The notes: generated by a model from the letters alone, not told the origin. A DNA stretch of 64,000 nt from Euryarchaeota archaeon UBA171 (GCA_002497295.1 DANO01000025.1:71098-135097), one strand, 5' to 3'; shown: positions 14,971 to 25,499, counted from the first letter of the stretch. Numbers and translations are program-made.

Positions 14971-17900
14971 ATGAGGCACGCCTCACACGGGAACCTGATG
15001 ACGACCTCGCGTCGAGCAGTTGCCCTCCTGATATTGGCAACATTGCTCATTCCTCTTACCGCTTCTCAGATCTATTCTAGAGATGATGAAAGAGGGGGTT
15101 ATGACCATGCTGGCGAGTGGCAACCAAGGCATGCTCTGGAGATCCATGATGGATGGTGGAACGATTGGTCCAGAGACTCTAACCAAAACATGATTGACGA
15201 TAGGCTTGAATGGCTACTTGAACAACCAACTGAGTTCTATTCCAGTTGGTGGAGAATGGCAGATGCCGGCAATGCAAGGGTATTCATCGATTATGATCAC
15301 CACCCCTCTTCAGCAGATGTCGAGGCGATTGAAGAACTGGGCATTGAAGTTACAATGCGTCCGATATACCTGGACAGTTTGATCGCCACAGTCCCAATTG
15401 ACCTCCTCCATTCTGAATCGCCAATCCTCGATCTATCGGGAGTCGTCATGCTGGAGGATCTAGGTTTGGCTGAAACCCACATGAACGAAGCAGCCCCAAA
15501 TATGGGCGTCGACCAAGTATGGGCTCAGTATGGCTATGATGGAACAGGAGTCACTATCGCTGTACTTGATACTGGAGTGAGGGGAGATCACGAGGGCCTC
15601 AATGATTTGGATGACGAGATTACGTTAGGTTGTGATCAACCCGATCCAGACCCGTTCAACCCAACCCCAATCACAATCGATTGCGATCCAAAGATATCCG
15701 CTTTCTATGATGCTGTAATCACTAACTCCGAGCGACCAGCAAGTGAATCTTATGATTCAGGGACCCATGGTTCACATGTTGCGGGCATTGCTGCTGGCAC
15801 AGGCGGCGGACAAGAGGCGCCTGACGGTTCGGCGTATGTTGGAATCGCACCAGGTGCATGGGTGGTCAATATCCTCGCATGTTGTGAAGGCGATATCCAA
15901 GATGTGATAGAAGGTGCGCAGTGGGCAATTGAGAATAAGAATTCTAAAGGCATAGACATTCTAACATCTTCACTTGGCGAGCAGCAGTTGGAGATTCATT
16001 TCGATAATGACGGCTCATCAGCATGGAGCCAACAGATGGATGCCGTCGCAGCATCTGGAATCATCACATTCCTCTCAGCTGGAAATGAATTTGGTGGCGC
16101 AACATTAGCCGGCTGCAATACCATCGACAGCCCAGGCGATGCAAATCTTCCCATCACAGTCGCAAGTCTGGATAAGGATCTGGGTCTGGCCATCTATTCA
16201 AGCAGGGGTTATACCTCAGATGGGCGAGTCAAGCCCGACGTTTCTACGATAGGATCGAACATAATGGCTCCTGATGCCGCTACCTCTGATGGCTACACGA
16301 GTAAATCTGGAACCAGTATGGCAACCCCGCTCATGGCAGGTATTGCTGCACTGATGGTCGAGGCAAACCCGGATATCGACCACGAACAGGTCAAGTCTAT
16401 CGTAAGTGCTCTCTCGATAGAACGCGATATTCAACTTCTCGACGATCCTGGATTCAATGACTGTAGTGTTTTGGAAACCCGTCCAGATAACGAGTTTGGA
16501 TACGGTCAGGCAGATCCTCTATCTTTCGTACAGGCAGCAGGCGCAATAGATTCTTCCTTGAACGTTTCAATGAACATTGAAACGTTGGAGCATCTAGGGA
16601 ATGAGTCTAGGATATCAGGCACTTCGACAGGCGGGGTTCCAGGCGTCGGATTCGTAGAGGTTATGGTTGGAGGCGACGATTGGAAGCAAGCAGCCGACCT
16701 ATCATCTGGGGGAGACTGGTCGTCTTGGAACATTAAGTTGGATCCACATACTCAGTCAGGCAACTCGACAGTGTATGCCCGGCTGGTGATTAGCGATGAG
16801 AGGATGTCTCCCGTGGATGCCCGAAGAGTCGTACTCGTGGATGAGGCAGCGGGCTCAAGCGGAGGCGCTGGGGGACAGTCTTCCGTTGGAGCATACGTAT
16901 TCTTCATCCCCTTCCTCGCCACTCTTGCACTTCTCGGGTGGACCGCCCTTAGGGAAGACTGGTCCACAAGCCCCGTTAAGAAGCAAGAAAATGATGAGGA
17001 AGATGGCGAATCAACCCCCTCTTCAAATTGGCGAGAAGATCCATTCAGATTCTTGTCCGAATTACGACGGGGAGGACCACTCACCGAGAATGGAACCAAG
17101 AGGCTTCTAACACTGTGCATTCTTTACTTTGCACAAGGCCTCCCATGGGGCTTTGCCAGCGTCACATTTGCGGCATACCTGGTTGACAATGGAGTCCCGA
17201 TTGGCGATATCGCCATACTGTTTGCCACGGTAGCGTTACCTTGGACATTCAAGTGGATATGGGGGCCAGTCGTGGATGCTGTGAATATACCTCGATACGG
17301 CGCTAGAAGGCAATGGGTACTCATAGCCCAGGCAGGTATGGTTGTCACACTGGGGACGCTCCTCCTAGTACCTGACTTGAATGCTGAGATAGACCTAGTA
17401 ACACGCTTATTGTTCGTACACAACATATTCGCTTCCCTACAGGATGTCGGTACAGATGCTCTGGCGGTGGAGATACTTGAGCCAAATGAGGTGGCCAAGG
17501 CCAACGGCTTCATGTTTGCAGCCAAGAGGGCCGGAATTATCGTCGGCGGCGCTGTGCTCGGAGTCTCAGTTACTCAAATCGGCATCAGTGGCGTGATTGC
17601 CATCCAACTCGTACTCCTTTCCCTCATATTGCTCGTTCCACTTACCATGGTCGAGAAGCCAGGCGTCAAATTGTTCCCTTGGTCCAAGTCTGATGAAAGT
17701 CAGTGGTGGGATGATTCAGACGGTCAAGATGATGCACAGGGCATTGACGTCGAAGGATCTGAGGTATCAGAGCCATGGCTGGAAGAGCAGAGATTCAAGA
17801 TTGCTCGGAAAGTCGGATTGACGCTGGATAGTAGGAGAATATCCGTATCTGCATTCTTTACCATAGCGGCTCTGTTAGTGTGGATAGTCGGATTCGCAAT

Positions 17901-18780
17901 AGATGTCTTCACAATCGATTTCAAGCTAGGCGATAACATCAGACAGATCACCAATCCCGTGAGCTACCTCTTCTTCCTGATATCATTAGTCGCATTCGCT
18001 CTTTCCGCGAGAGGGATATTGGGATCGAGCGTGACGAACCCATTAGCACGCCTTCCCGAGGGGACGAGGCGAGGCGTAGCCGAAACCTCATTCTATCTTA
18101 CAAAGGCATTCTCTGTCCGTTCTGCTTTGCTATTGATAGGGCTCTGCTTACTCTCCGAACTCTACATATTCGTGGCCCCAATTGTGATTGACATCTTCAT
18201 CAATGAAGCAGGCTGGTCCCAGGCGAAGTACAATGGAATAGTCGGGGGAATCGTGGTCTTCGGTGCGCTAATTGGCCAAATAATCGGAGGTCTGCTGGGA
18301 GATAGATTCGGCGTAAGGAGAGTTGCGATGGTCGGATTTACTGTACTGGCTCTTGCGAATGCATGTTTCGCACTCCTCGAACCCCTTTGGTCCAACACCT
18401 CGATAATGACAGTCTACCTGATTGCGCAGGCGTTTGTCGGCGGGATGGCGTGGATATGCATCATTTCGCTGAGTATGAGGCTGACATGGAGCAAGGTGGG
18501 AGGAACTCAATTCACAGCATACATGTCCCTGTTCAATCTCTCAGGCGTCTTTGCATACACTCTAACGGAGAGGATGATTTCGGTATTCGACTACAAGTCT
18601 GCCATCTACATTGGTGCTACTTTGACCCTGTTAACAGTGTTCATGCTTGTATTCATTGATGAGGACGAGACTGACAGAATCCTCGAGGGCGATGACATAC
18701 ATTCACAAGATGAGCCAGAAATATTCGAACCAATCCTAGGCGATGTGATGATCGATGAAAAACCCGCTGCAGCAGTTTGA
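14971..18780 (+). CDS. Fusion protein: secreted subtilisin-like (S8) serine protease + single TM + AmpG/PAT-like major facilitator transporter
   Basis: One uninterrupted ORF. The signal or anchor is RRAVALLILATLLIPLTAS. The S8 motifs are IAVLDTGV (Asp), THGSHVAGIAAG (His), LSAGNEFGG (Asn) and SGTSMATPLMAG (Ser). A TM helix VGAYVFFIPFLATLALLGW and an acidic linker follow. The MFS part then carries YFAQGLPWGFA...LPWTFKWIWGPVVD...YGARRQWVL (AmpG-like) and at least 12 hydrophobic segments. The track start is a TTG at 14956; I prefer the ATG at 14971. Confidence 0.85.
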   Translation: MRHASHGNLMTTSRRAVALLILATLLIPLTASQIYSRDDERGGYDHAGEWQPRHALEIHDGWWNDWSRDSNQNMIDDRLEWLLEQPTEFYSSWWRMADAGNARVFIDYDHHPSSADVEAIEELGIEVTMRPIYLDSLIATVPIDLLHSESPILDLSGVVMLEDLGLAETHMNEAAPNMGVDQVWAQYGYDGTGVTIAVLDTGVRGDHEGLNDLDDEITLGCDQPDPDPFNPTPITIDCDPKISAFYDAVITNSERPASESYDSGTHGSHVAGIAAGTGGGQEAPDGSAYVGIAPGAWVVNILACCEGDIQDVIEGAQWAIENKNSKGIDILTSSLGEQQLEIHFDNDGSSAWSQQMDAVAASGIITFLSAGNEFGGATLAGCNTIDSPGDANLPITVASLDKDLGLAIYSSRGYTSDGRVKPDVSTIGSNIMAPDAATSDGYTSKSGTSMATPLMAGIAALMVEANPDIDHEQVKSIVSALSIERDIQLLDDPGFNDCSVLETRPDNEFGYGQADPLSFVQAAGAIDSSLNVSMNIETLEHLGNESRISGTSTGGVPGVGFVEVMVGGDDWKQAADLSSGGDWSSWNIKLDPHTQSGNSTVYARLVISDERMSPVDARRVVLVDEAAGSSGGAGGQSSVGAYVFFIPFLATLALLGWTALREDWSTSPVKKQENDEEDGESTPSSNWREDPFRFLSELRRGGPLTENGTKRLLTLCILYFAQGLPWGFASVTFAAYLVDNGVPIGDIAILFATVALPWTFKWIWGPVVDAVNIPRYGARRQWVLIAQAGMVVTLGTLLLVPDLNAEIDLVTRLLFVHNIFASLQDVGTDALAVEILEPNEVAKANGFMFAAKRAGIIVGGAVLGVSVTQIGISGVIAIQLVLLSLILLVPLTMVEKPGVKLFPWSKSDESQWWDDSDGQDDAQGIDVEGSEVSEPWLEEQRFKIARKVGLTLDSRRISVSAFFTIAALLVWIVGFAIDVFTIDFKLGDNIRQITNPVSYLFFLISLVAFALSARGILGSSVTNPLARLPEGTRRGVAETSFYLTKAFSVRSALLLIGLCLLSELYIFVAPIVIDIFINEAGWSQAKYNGIVGGIVVFGALIGQIIGGLLGDRFGVRRVAMVGFTVLALANACFALLEPLWSNTSIMTVYLIAQAFVGGMAWICIISLSMRLTWSKVGGTQFTAYMSLFNLSGVFAYTLTERMISVFDYKSAIYIGATLTLLTVFMLVFIDEDETDRILEGDDIHSQDEPEIFEPILGDVMIDEKPAAAV

Positions 18781-19018
18781 GGAAGTCGAAACCGACTTCC
18801 TAGTATTTTCAAAGACGGTATGCGGCTATTGTGTGGCTGCAAAGAGACTTCTGGAAGGCTCTCGCATGTCATACACCGAAATCAATCTAGATGACGACAT
18901 CCAGCTACGATCTGACTTGATAATGGCAACAGGGCATAGGACTGTGCCATTAATTTTCGATCTGAGGGCGGAAGTAGTATTCGTCGGAGGATTCGATGAA
19001 CTGAAGACATATCTCTAA
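18755..19018 (+). CDS. Glutaredoxin-like protein
   Basis: At 87 aa it has the CGYC active site, TVPLIF and a VGGFDEL end. It overlaps the 3' end of the protease-MFS gene by 26 nt. Confidence 0.75.
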   Translation: MKNPLQQFEEVETDFLVFSKTVCGYCVAAKRLLEGSRMSYTEINLDDDIQLRSDLIMATGHRTVPLIFDLRAEVVFVGGFDELKTYL

Positions 19019-19599
19019 TTGCCTTCCGACATAATCCTAATCGCATCGACGAGTGAATCCTTCTGATTCAAGTCAACCATGTGCCCCTTTCCGTGGCGAA
19101 GATGAATTACGTTCCATCCGGCATCCTCGAATATCGAGGCTAAGTTCAAGCCATCATCAATATTGACGATATGATCCCTCTCACCGTGCATCCACACCAC
19201 AGATCGGGGGCGGATTGATCTGAGGATTTTTCGAAGTTGCTCTTCTCGTACTGTCATAGTAGCTAGAAGCACGAGACCTACAATACGCTCCTCGATACTC
19301 GTTTCAAGCATTGCCGAGGCTATAGCGCCGCCTTGAGAGAACCCTCCTAAGATTAATTTACCATCAGGGAGGTTTTGTTCGAGACTCTTCATGGATACTA
19401 GAATTTGATCAGCGGGTGTCGCTGTACCAATCACTTCTTCTCGAACCCACCAGGCCCGTCCAGTTCTTGGATGCACATATGTACCCTCAGGACAGACAAC
19501 GTCCCAATCATGCGGGACGAGAGATTCAGCCAGAGGCCTCATTTTTGCAGAGGTTCCAGTCATTCCATGAAGCATTACCAGACGATTCATGATTGACAT
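19015..19599 (-). CDS. Alpha/beta hydrolase (phospholipase/carboxylesterase family)
   Basis: It has the nucleophile elbow GFSQGG, a later GERD, a C-terminal GKGH, and a size typical of this family. Confidence 0.75.
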   Translation of the reverse strand: MSIMNRLVMLHGMTGTSAKMRPLAESLVPHDWDVVCPEGTYVHPRTGRAWWVREEVIGTATPADQILVSMKSLEQNLPDGKLILGGFSQGGAIASAMLETSIEERIVGLVLLATMTVREEQLRKILRSIRPRSVVWMHGERDHIVNIDDGLNLASIFEDAGWNVIHLRHGKGHMVDLNQKDSLVDAIRIMSEGN

Positions 19600-19600
19600 T

Positions 19601-20551
19601 TCAGAGACTCCACGAGTATCCTATCCCTCCGGCAATCATTATGCTGAGATCGGTCTGACCTGTGAAACTAGCCGTCAAGGTATATTCTCCGCTTGGCGAG
19701 GGAATGGTCCCTAATGTCCCGGACTCAGATGAGCCGGGCCCCCAGAATCTTTCGAGCACTGATGATGAGGTGTGATCTCTTAGGGTCAATGTGATACTGG
19801 AACCTCCTCCGCCTGCAGATGCATCCATCAGGTAGATCATCTCGTCCCATGACCCGTCATTGGGGTGTTCTTGGACAAGAAAAGAGTCTTCCACGTCTGC
19901 ATTTGCACCATCGTTTTCATAATCTCTGGAAAGAAGGTCTTTCCCTCTCATGAAATGCACTTCTCCCGAATGCTCTGAGCCACTTTGGGCAAGAGTGATT
20001 CTTAGCAATTCGAGCCCATTAGAATCCTTTCTGACAAACGAGGTGATGAATTCTATTGACTTATCGTAAGTATAGGTCAAGATACCTCCATCTGATCCCG
20101 TCGCAGTAACATACGCCCTTCCACCCTCCAGGGTCGAACGAGCTTCCCAATCTATGTCGAAAAGAGTAAATGTCCATGAGTTACTTGAAAGCGGGAATGA
20201 GAGCACTGGTTGTTCAAATCCGTTTTCAAAGACTCCCAGTGTCGAGTGGGTAATTCTACCAAGGAATGGGTTATGATTGAGAACAGCATGCCTTCTTGCC
20301 TCTTCTTCCGAAGATATTCCGAGCATATACGCAGTCCCTCCCTCCTCTTCATCCGCAGTGGCAACCACAAGGCGTGCAGAGTCGTCATAGAATTCAGGAG
20401 TAGTGAATGTGAATAGCCACCAGTCACCGATTTCCCACTCGGGAACTTCGAGATCTTCACTACCTCCAAGAATGTTGTTTGTAGAGCCCATACACCCCTG
20501 TAGGGCAATGGAAAGAACTGCTAGAGTAGATAGCAACTTGGGTCCGAACAT
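19601..20551 (-). CDS. Secreted protein of unknown function with lipobox-like signal peptide
   Basis: The N-terminus is MFGPKLLSTLAVLSIALQGCMGS. The rest is hydrophilic and acidic with no recognised domain. It lies immediately upstream of the hydrolase gene, with a 1-nt gap. Confidence 0.6.
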   Translation of the reverse strand: MFGPKLLSTLAVLSIALQGCMGSTNNILGGSEDLEVPEWEIGDWWLFTFTTPEFYDDSARLVVATADEEEGGTAYMLGISSEEEARRHAVLNHNPFLGRITHSTLGVFENGFEQPVLSFPLSSNSWTFTLFDIDWEARSTLEGGRAYVTATGSDGGILTYTYDKSIEFITSFVRKDSNGLELLRITLAQSGSEHSGEVHFMRGKDLLSRDYENDGANADVEDSFLVQEHPNDGSWDEMIYLMDASAGGGGSSITLTLRDHTSSSVLERFWGPGSSESGTLGTIPSPSGEYTLTASFTGQTDLSIMIAGGIGYSWSL

Positions 20552-20620
20552 GTCCCTCCGGAGGGGGCATGCGGGAAAGCGATTTCCCGTAACCGGTCAA
20601 AGAAAACCCGATCTTTCAGC

Positions 20621-22684
20621 CTACGCGATGAGGCCAGCGATAACAACTGATACGATCGACATCAACTTGATTAGGATATTCAGCGAAGGCCCGCTGGTAT
20701 CCTTGAATGGGTCGCCAATGGTGTCTCCGACAACTGCAGCGGAGTGAGACTCATCGCCTTTCTCAGCCCCAGGAATCTCGCCTTGCTCGATAGCCTTCTT
20801 GGCATTGTCCCATGCTCCTCCAGCGTTTGCCATGAATAGAGCCATCAATACACCTGTCACTGTCGCGCCGGCAAGAGTGCCGCCAAGAGCCGCTGGTCCG
20901 AGCACATATCCAATCACGACAGGGCTTCCAATTGCGACTAATCCTGGCATAATCATCTCGCGCAGAGCTGCTTGTGTAGAAATATCAACGCAAGTGGCAC
21001 TGTCTGGCTCAACGCCTTCTCGACCTTCCAAAAGGCCGTCAATCTCTCTGAATTGCCGACGAATTTCAGTGATCATTTCCTCTGCTGCGCGTCCTACTGA
21101 CTTCATCGTCATAGCAGCCACAACGAATGGCAAAGCGCCACCAATCAGTAGGCCGATCACAACTTCAGGATTGGTTAGAGAAAGATCTGCTGCCTCGAGT
21201 CCCGCACTAGTCTTGTATGCAGCGAACAGTGCCAGAGCAGTCAGCGCTGCACTTCCTATTGCGAATCCCTTTCCTATTGCAGCGGTAGAGTTGCCAATTG
21301 AGTCTAGACCATCGGTTATTTCTCTAACTTCCTCGCCAAGTCCCGACATCTCTGCAATTCCTCCGGCATTATCCGCGACTGGCCCGTAAGCGTCCACCGT
21401 CATTGTAACGCCAACTGTGCCTAACATGCCCATAGCAGCCATAGCAATCCCGTAGAGACCAGCATCTCCGCCGCCCATTACGTCGTTAGCAAAGTAAATT
21501 CCTCCAGCCATCAGAAGAACGGGGATGAATACCGATTGCATGCCTACAGCCAGCCCTGCAATTGCATTTGTGGCACTTCCAGTCTTCGACGCCTCTCCAA
21601 TATATGGTATAGCTCGTACTTTTATTCCAAAGACGGGTTCGATTCCCGTATAGTATTCAGTGACAAGTCCGATTAGAATACCAACCAACGATCCAATAGC
21701 CACTGCTTGAATTACAGTCGTATCCAGTTCCAAATAATCCAGAGCAAGGTACCCTCCTCCGATGAATAATGCAGCACCGATGAATGTGGTGTTCCGCAAA
21801 GCAGCACCAGGGTGCATATTTTTCATTCCACCAATTGAAAATACCCCGATGATTGAGGCGATGTATCCAACAATTGCTAGAGCGATTGGTACCATGAGGT
21901 AATCAGAACCAAGATCCTCGCTGGCTTGGGCTATGACCATTGCAGCAATGATTGAGCCTACGAATGACTCGAAAATATCAGCACCCATACCGGCAACGTC
22001 TCCAACATTGTCACCAACATTGTCAGCGATTACGCCTGGGTTACGGGGGTCATCTTCGGGAATACCCGCTTCTACTTTGCCAACAAGATCAGCGCCAACA
22101 TCGGCAGCCTTTGTGTAAATGCCGCCACCGACACGAGCGAAAAGTGCGATAGATGATGCACCCATTCCGAACCCAGCGACATTCTCAACAGAAAGGAAAC
22201 CGTTTCCGCCAACTGGATCTGTGAGAACGTACATCAGGGAGATGCCAAATAGCCCTAGACCTCCAACTGCCAGCCCCATCACTGCTCCGCCGTTGTACGA
22301 GGTGGTGAGTGCAGCTGCCTGTCCTCCATTTGCAGCAGCCTGCGCAGTTCGTCCATTCGCACTTGTAGCGGATTGCATCCCGCTGAATCCAGCCGCTACA
22401 CTACACAGGGCACCAATGATGAAAGCAACCATGGTTTCCATGCCGAGGCCGTTATCTTCGCCACCTGCGAATAACAGTCCGGCAACAACAACGATGAATA
22501 CTGCTAGCATTCTATATTCGGCTACGAGGAAAGCCATTGCACCATCCTGAATTCTTGCAGTGATGGTGGCTACTGTTTTGTTTTCAATCTCGATTGAATC
22601 TACCTTTCGATATAGCATGAAAGCTATGAGCAGACCTAAAATTCCTGCTCCCATCCCCATGATCCCAATTTGTTGTCCGTCCAT
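20621..22684 (-). CDS. hppA: Membrane-bound proton/sodium-translocating pyrophosphatase
   Basis: At 687 aa it has about 16 TM segments and the signatures [20 protein letters not shown] and [20 protein letters not shown]. Confidence 0.95.
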   Translation of the reverse strand: MDGQQIGIMGMGAGILGLLIAFMLYRKVDSIEIENKTVATITARIQDGAMAFLVAEYRMLAVFIVVVAGLLFAGGEDNGLGMETMVAFIIGALCSVAAGFSGMQSATSANGRTAQAAANGGQAAALTTSYNGGAVMGLAVGGLGLFGISLMYVLTDPVGGNGFLSVENVAGFGMGASSIALFARVGGGIYTKAADVGADLVGKVEAGIPEDDPRNPGVIADNVGDNVGDVAGMGADIFESFVGSIIAAMVIAQASEDLGSDYLMVPIALAIVGYIASIIGVFSIGGMKNMHPGAALRNTTFIGAALFIGGGYLALDYLELDTTVIQAVAIGSLVGILIGLVTEYYTGIEPVFGIKVRAIPYIGEASKTGSATNAIAGLAVGMQSVFIPVLLMAGGIYFANDVMGGGDAGLYGIAMAAMGMLGTVGVTMTVDAYGPVADNAGGIAEMSGLGEEVREITDGLDSIGNSTAAIGKGFAIGSAALTALALFAAYKTSAGLEAADLSLTNPEVVIGLLIGGALPFVVAAMTMKSVGRAAEEMITEIRRQFREIDGLLEGREGVEPDSATCVDISTQAALREMIMPGLVAIGSPVVIGYVLGPAALGGTLAGATVTGVLMALFMANAGGAWDNAKKAIEQGEIPGAEKGDESHSAAVVGDTIGDPFKDTSGPSLNILIKLMSIVSVVIAGLIA

Positions 22685-22723
22685 AATATCACCAGTTAGG
22701 TTGAGACGCCGACCTAGGTTCGG

Positions 22724-22730
22724 TATTTAA
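22724..22730 (-). promoter_or_regulatory. Putative TATA box (TTAAATA on minus strand) upstream of hppA
   Basis: It lies about 40 nt upstream of the ATG at 22684. A GGTGAT Shine-Dalgarno-like word (22688-22693) sits between it and the start. Confidence 0.35.
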
Positions 22731-22800
22731 GGCGATATCCACGTATAGACCAATTAGTCATCACAATACCTCAATTGTTTCATAGCCAACCCCTCTTCCA

Positions 22801-23094
22801 ATGAATACCATGACCGGCATAGACCGCCAGACAGTCCTCGATTCTGTAGGTCCAGTTCAGGCCATATTGGATGCCCATGATGGGGTGGTTAACGTCATGG
22901 ATACATCTGGCGGGGTCATTACCATCTCCTTGGAGGGGGGGTGCACCGGGTGCAGCTCCACGCCAATGACTGCCATGCAAATATACTACTCTCTAATGAA
23001 ACTCGATCAAGTCAATGACGTGATCTTTGTAAATGGTGAACTCCCTGCTTACATGAGGTCATTCATCAATGAAAAACTCGGCATCGAATCATGA
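22801..23094 (+). CDS. NifU C-terminal-domain-like Fe-S assembly protein
   Basis: The 97-aa protein reads HDGVVNVMDTSGGVITISLEGGCTGCSSTPMT, the Nfu/NifU C-terminal CxxC motif. Confidence 0.75.
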   Translation: MNTMTGIDRQTVLDSVGPVQAILDAHDGVVNVMDTSGGVITISLEGGCTGCSSTPMTAMQIYYSLMKLDQVNDVIFVNGELPAYMRSFINEKLGIES

Positions 23095-23103
23095 TGACGC
23101 TAT

Positions 23104-23583
23104 TCATTCATCACGTTCTGCTGCTCGAAGGCGACGAATTTGGTGAGGGTTAACTTCTCCTTGTACCTCTTTCCCCTTCAGATTGAGGTTGGAAGCAGCG
23201 GCCAGAACCAGTGAGAAGACTGCCATCGGCCTCGCCGCATTACGAGAACCCCACAGATCCCCTCCAAGGTAGTGGAGTGAAAATAGGAGGATACTTGCAA
23301 GTATGCAGAATGACATAATCGCACGCTGACCCATGATTTCTGCTTTCTCAGAACGTGCGATAGTGCCAATACTCATCCACAAGATAGCAGAGATTCCACA
23401 TAGGCTCACTGAAAGAGTCTCAAGTGTGTCAACCAGACTCATACTCTCGCCTAAAGCAACATGTCTGTGAAACTTTCCGGGAAGAGTGCAATCCACACAA
23501 CGATAGACGACCTCCCTAATGGGGGCCCATGGTGCGTGTCGGAAGATGGGGTTTACCGACCACTCGTCGCGAAGATCCCCCAT
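23104..23583 (-). CDS. Hypothetical membrane protein
   Basis: It has three hydrophobic segments. The 5' 55 nt overlap the divergent PolX start, so the true start is probably internal, for example M48 at 23442. Confidence 0.45.
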   Translation of the reverse strand: MGDLRDEWSVNPIFRHAPWAPIREVVYRCVDCTLPGKFHRHVALGESMSLVDTLETLSVSLCGISAILWMSIGTIARSEKAEIMGQRAIMSFCILASILLFSLHYLGGDLWGSRNAARPMAVFSLVLAAASNLNLKGKEVQGEVNPHQIRRLRAAERDE

Positions 23584-25463
23584 ATTTCACAAAGAGTCAG
23601 ATTGTGAAAGTTTTCGATCAGGTGGCAATTCTCCTAGAACTCGACGGAGCAAATCCATTCAGAGTAAGGGCATATCAGAATGCAAGCAGAGCCCTTGGGC
23701 AGATGAATCGTCATTTGGTGGATGTCATCGAATCAAATACCTTAACCGATATCAAAGGAATAGGGAAAGGCCTCTCATCTCTAATTGCGGATGTTGTGAT
23801 GACTGGCGAATGGGGGGATATACAATCCCTCTACGACAGAGTCCCGCCAGGCTTAGTTGAGATGGTGGGGATCCCGGGGTTGGGGCCAAAGAGAGCTAGG
23901 ATATTGTCCAAAGAACTCGACGTCTCCTCAATAGAGGCTCTAAAATCTGCATGTGAGAACAATCTGGTCGCCTCCTTGCAAGGTTTTGGGGAGAAAAGCC
24001 AACAGAGATACCTGGAAGGAATCGAGCTTTTTCGCAGAAATCAAGGCAGGACTAGATTGGATGTGGGGTTAAGATTCGGCCTGGCTCTAGAAAAGAGAAT
24101 TTCAGGTATCTCAGGAGTTGAGAAGGCACAACTCGCGGGAAGCGCCAGACGCAGAAGGGAGACCATCGGAGACCTCGATATCGTAGTGGCAACGCGTCCT
24201 GAGAATCGTTCTTCAGTAATCCAATCGATACTCGACTTACCCGGGATTGCAGATATCAAAGGTTCTGGCGAGTCAAAGATCAGTCTCATCCTTGAGCAGA
24301 GTGTTTTGGATACTTCATTCCCAACAGGCAGTATCGACGACGCCCTCAATGAGGCCATTCTTGATCGCTCGGAGGATGCAACCATAGACGCCCAAGTCAG
24401 AATCGTATCGCCTGAGACATTCCCATACACCTTAGCATACTTTACCGGCTCAAAAGAGCACAACATACGTATGAGGAAGATTGCAATAGATAACGGGTTA
24501 AGGCTCAATGAATTCGGACTTATTCCCGAGAAACTCGCTGGGGGCTTGAAGGGTGTAGATGCGGCCAAGCACACGCTCTCATGTGAGAGTGAAGCAGACA
24601 TATATTCCATGCTCGGTCTTCAGTGGGTAGCCCCTGAACTCAGGGAAGATATGGGAGAGATCGAGGCGGCTGCGGTGAATGGTATCCCCGACTTAATAGA
24701 GTCGGACATGATTAGGGGCGCACTTCATAATCACACGGTTGCTTCTGACGGCTCTTGCACCCTTGAGGAAATGGCGTCAGCAGCAATGGATTTGGGTTGG
24801 GAGTATCTTGGAATCGCAGAACATTCCCCTGCATTGAATATCGGAGGTCGAAGTATAGGCGTAGATCCGGTCGATGTATCCATTCAGGGCGATATGATTC
24901 GCGCATTAAATGAGAAATGGGCGGATCGCAATGAAAAGTTCAGGATATTTCATGGCACGGAATGTGACATACTCCCTGACGGAAAGTTGGACTACTCCCC
25001 AGATGTTAGAAATCAATTCCACCACGTAATAGGTTCAGTGCACGCCATTGGCTCTTGGAGATCCCGGGATGAACAGGACAATACTGATGCAATAATCAAA
25101 GCAGTCGAGGACCCAACGTTCACAATATTGGGCCATCCAACTGGCCGTATCCTCCAAGCAAGAGATGGATTCCCTATCGATATGATTCAGATCATTGAAA
25201 AGATGGGCGAGATAAACTCAAATGGCACGCTCAAGGCCATAGAAATCAACGCATCACCATTTCGCCTCGATCTTGATTGGAGGCTCTGCAAGGTTGCCAA
25301 AGAAAATGGGGTGCCTATTGTGATAAATCCGGACGCACATAGCGCAGAAGGCCTCTCCGATGTCTCATATGGCGTAGACATAGCACGCAAGGGATGGCTT
25401 CGCGCAGAAGACGTCCTCAATACCAGATCCGGAGATGAGTTGGACGAGATCCTTGGAGAATAA
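23529..25463 (+). CDS. polX: Family X DNA polymerase with C-terminal PHP domain
   Basis: It has HhH motifs (GIGKGLSS, IPGLGPKRA) and a polymerase-beta nucleotidyltransferase core, GSARRRRETIGDLDIVV. The PHP domain starts at ALHNHTVASDGS, with later HSP..., GTECD and NPDAH metal ligands. Confidence 0.9.
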   Translation: MVRVGRWGLPTTRREDPPYFTKSQIVKVFDQVAILLELDGANPFRVRAYQNASRALGQMNRHLVDVIESNTLTDIKGIGKGLSSLIADVVMTGEWGDIQSLYDRVPPGLVEMVGIPGLGPKRARILSKELDVSSIEALKSACENNLVASLQGFGEKSQQRYLEGIELFRRNQGRTRLDVGLRFGLALEKRISGISGVEKAQLAGSARRRRETIGDLDIVVATRPENRSSVIQSILDLPGIADIKGSGESKISLILEQSVLDTSFPTGSIDDALNEAILDRSEDATIDAQVRIVSPETFPYTLAYFTGSKEHNIRMRKIAIDNGLRLNEFGLIPEKLAGGLKGVDAAKHTLSCESEADIYSMLGLQWVAPELREDMGEIEAAAVNGIPDLIESDMIRGALHNHTVASDGSCTLEEMASAAMDLGWEYLGIAEHSPALNIGGRSIGVDPVDVSIQGDMIRALNEKWADRNEKFRIFHGTECDILPDGKLDYSPDVRNQFHHVIGSVHAIGSWRSRDEQDNTDAIIKAVEDPTFTILGHPTGRILQARDGFPIDMIQIIEKMGEINSNGTLKAIEINASPFRLDLDWRLCKVAKENGVPIVINPDAHSAEGLSDVSYGVDIARKGWLRAEDVLNTRSGDELDEILGE

Positions 25464-25499
25464 CGAATCCTCTTATCCCACCCCTCCTACCAACTTACA

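Noticed and set aside
14897-15043. The ORF track gives ribB a 49-codon N-terminal extension (start at 15043). Similar upstream extensions appear for bcp (51344), the HdrD-like gene (44302), both C26 genes (40992, 41717), xdhC (4274) and AcnX (51306).
   Set aside because: The extensions overlap divergent neighbours, are Arg/Ser/Cys/Trp-rich and lack family homology. In-frame ATG codons sit exactly where homologues begin.
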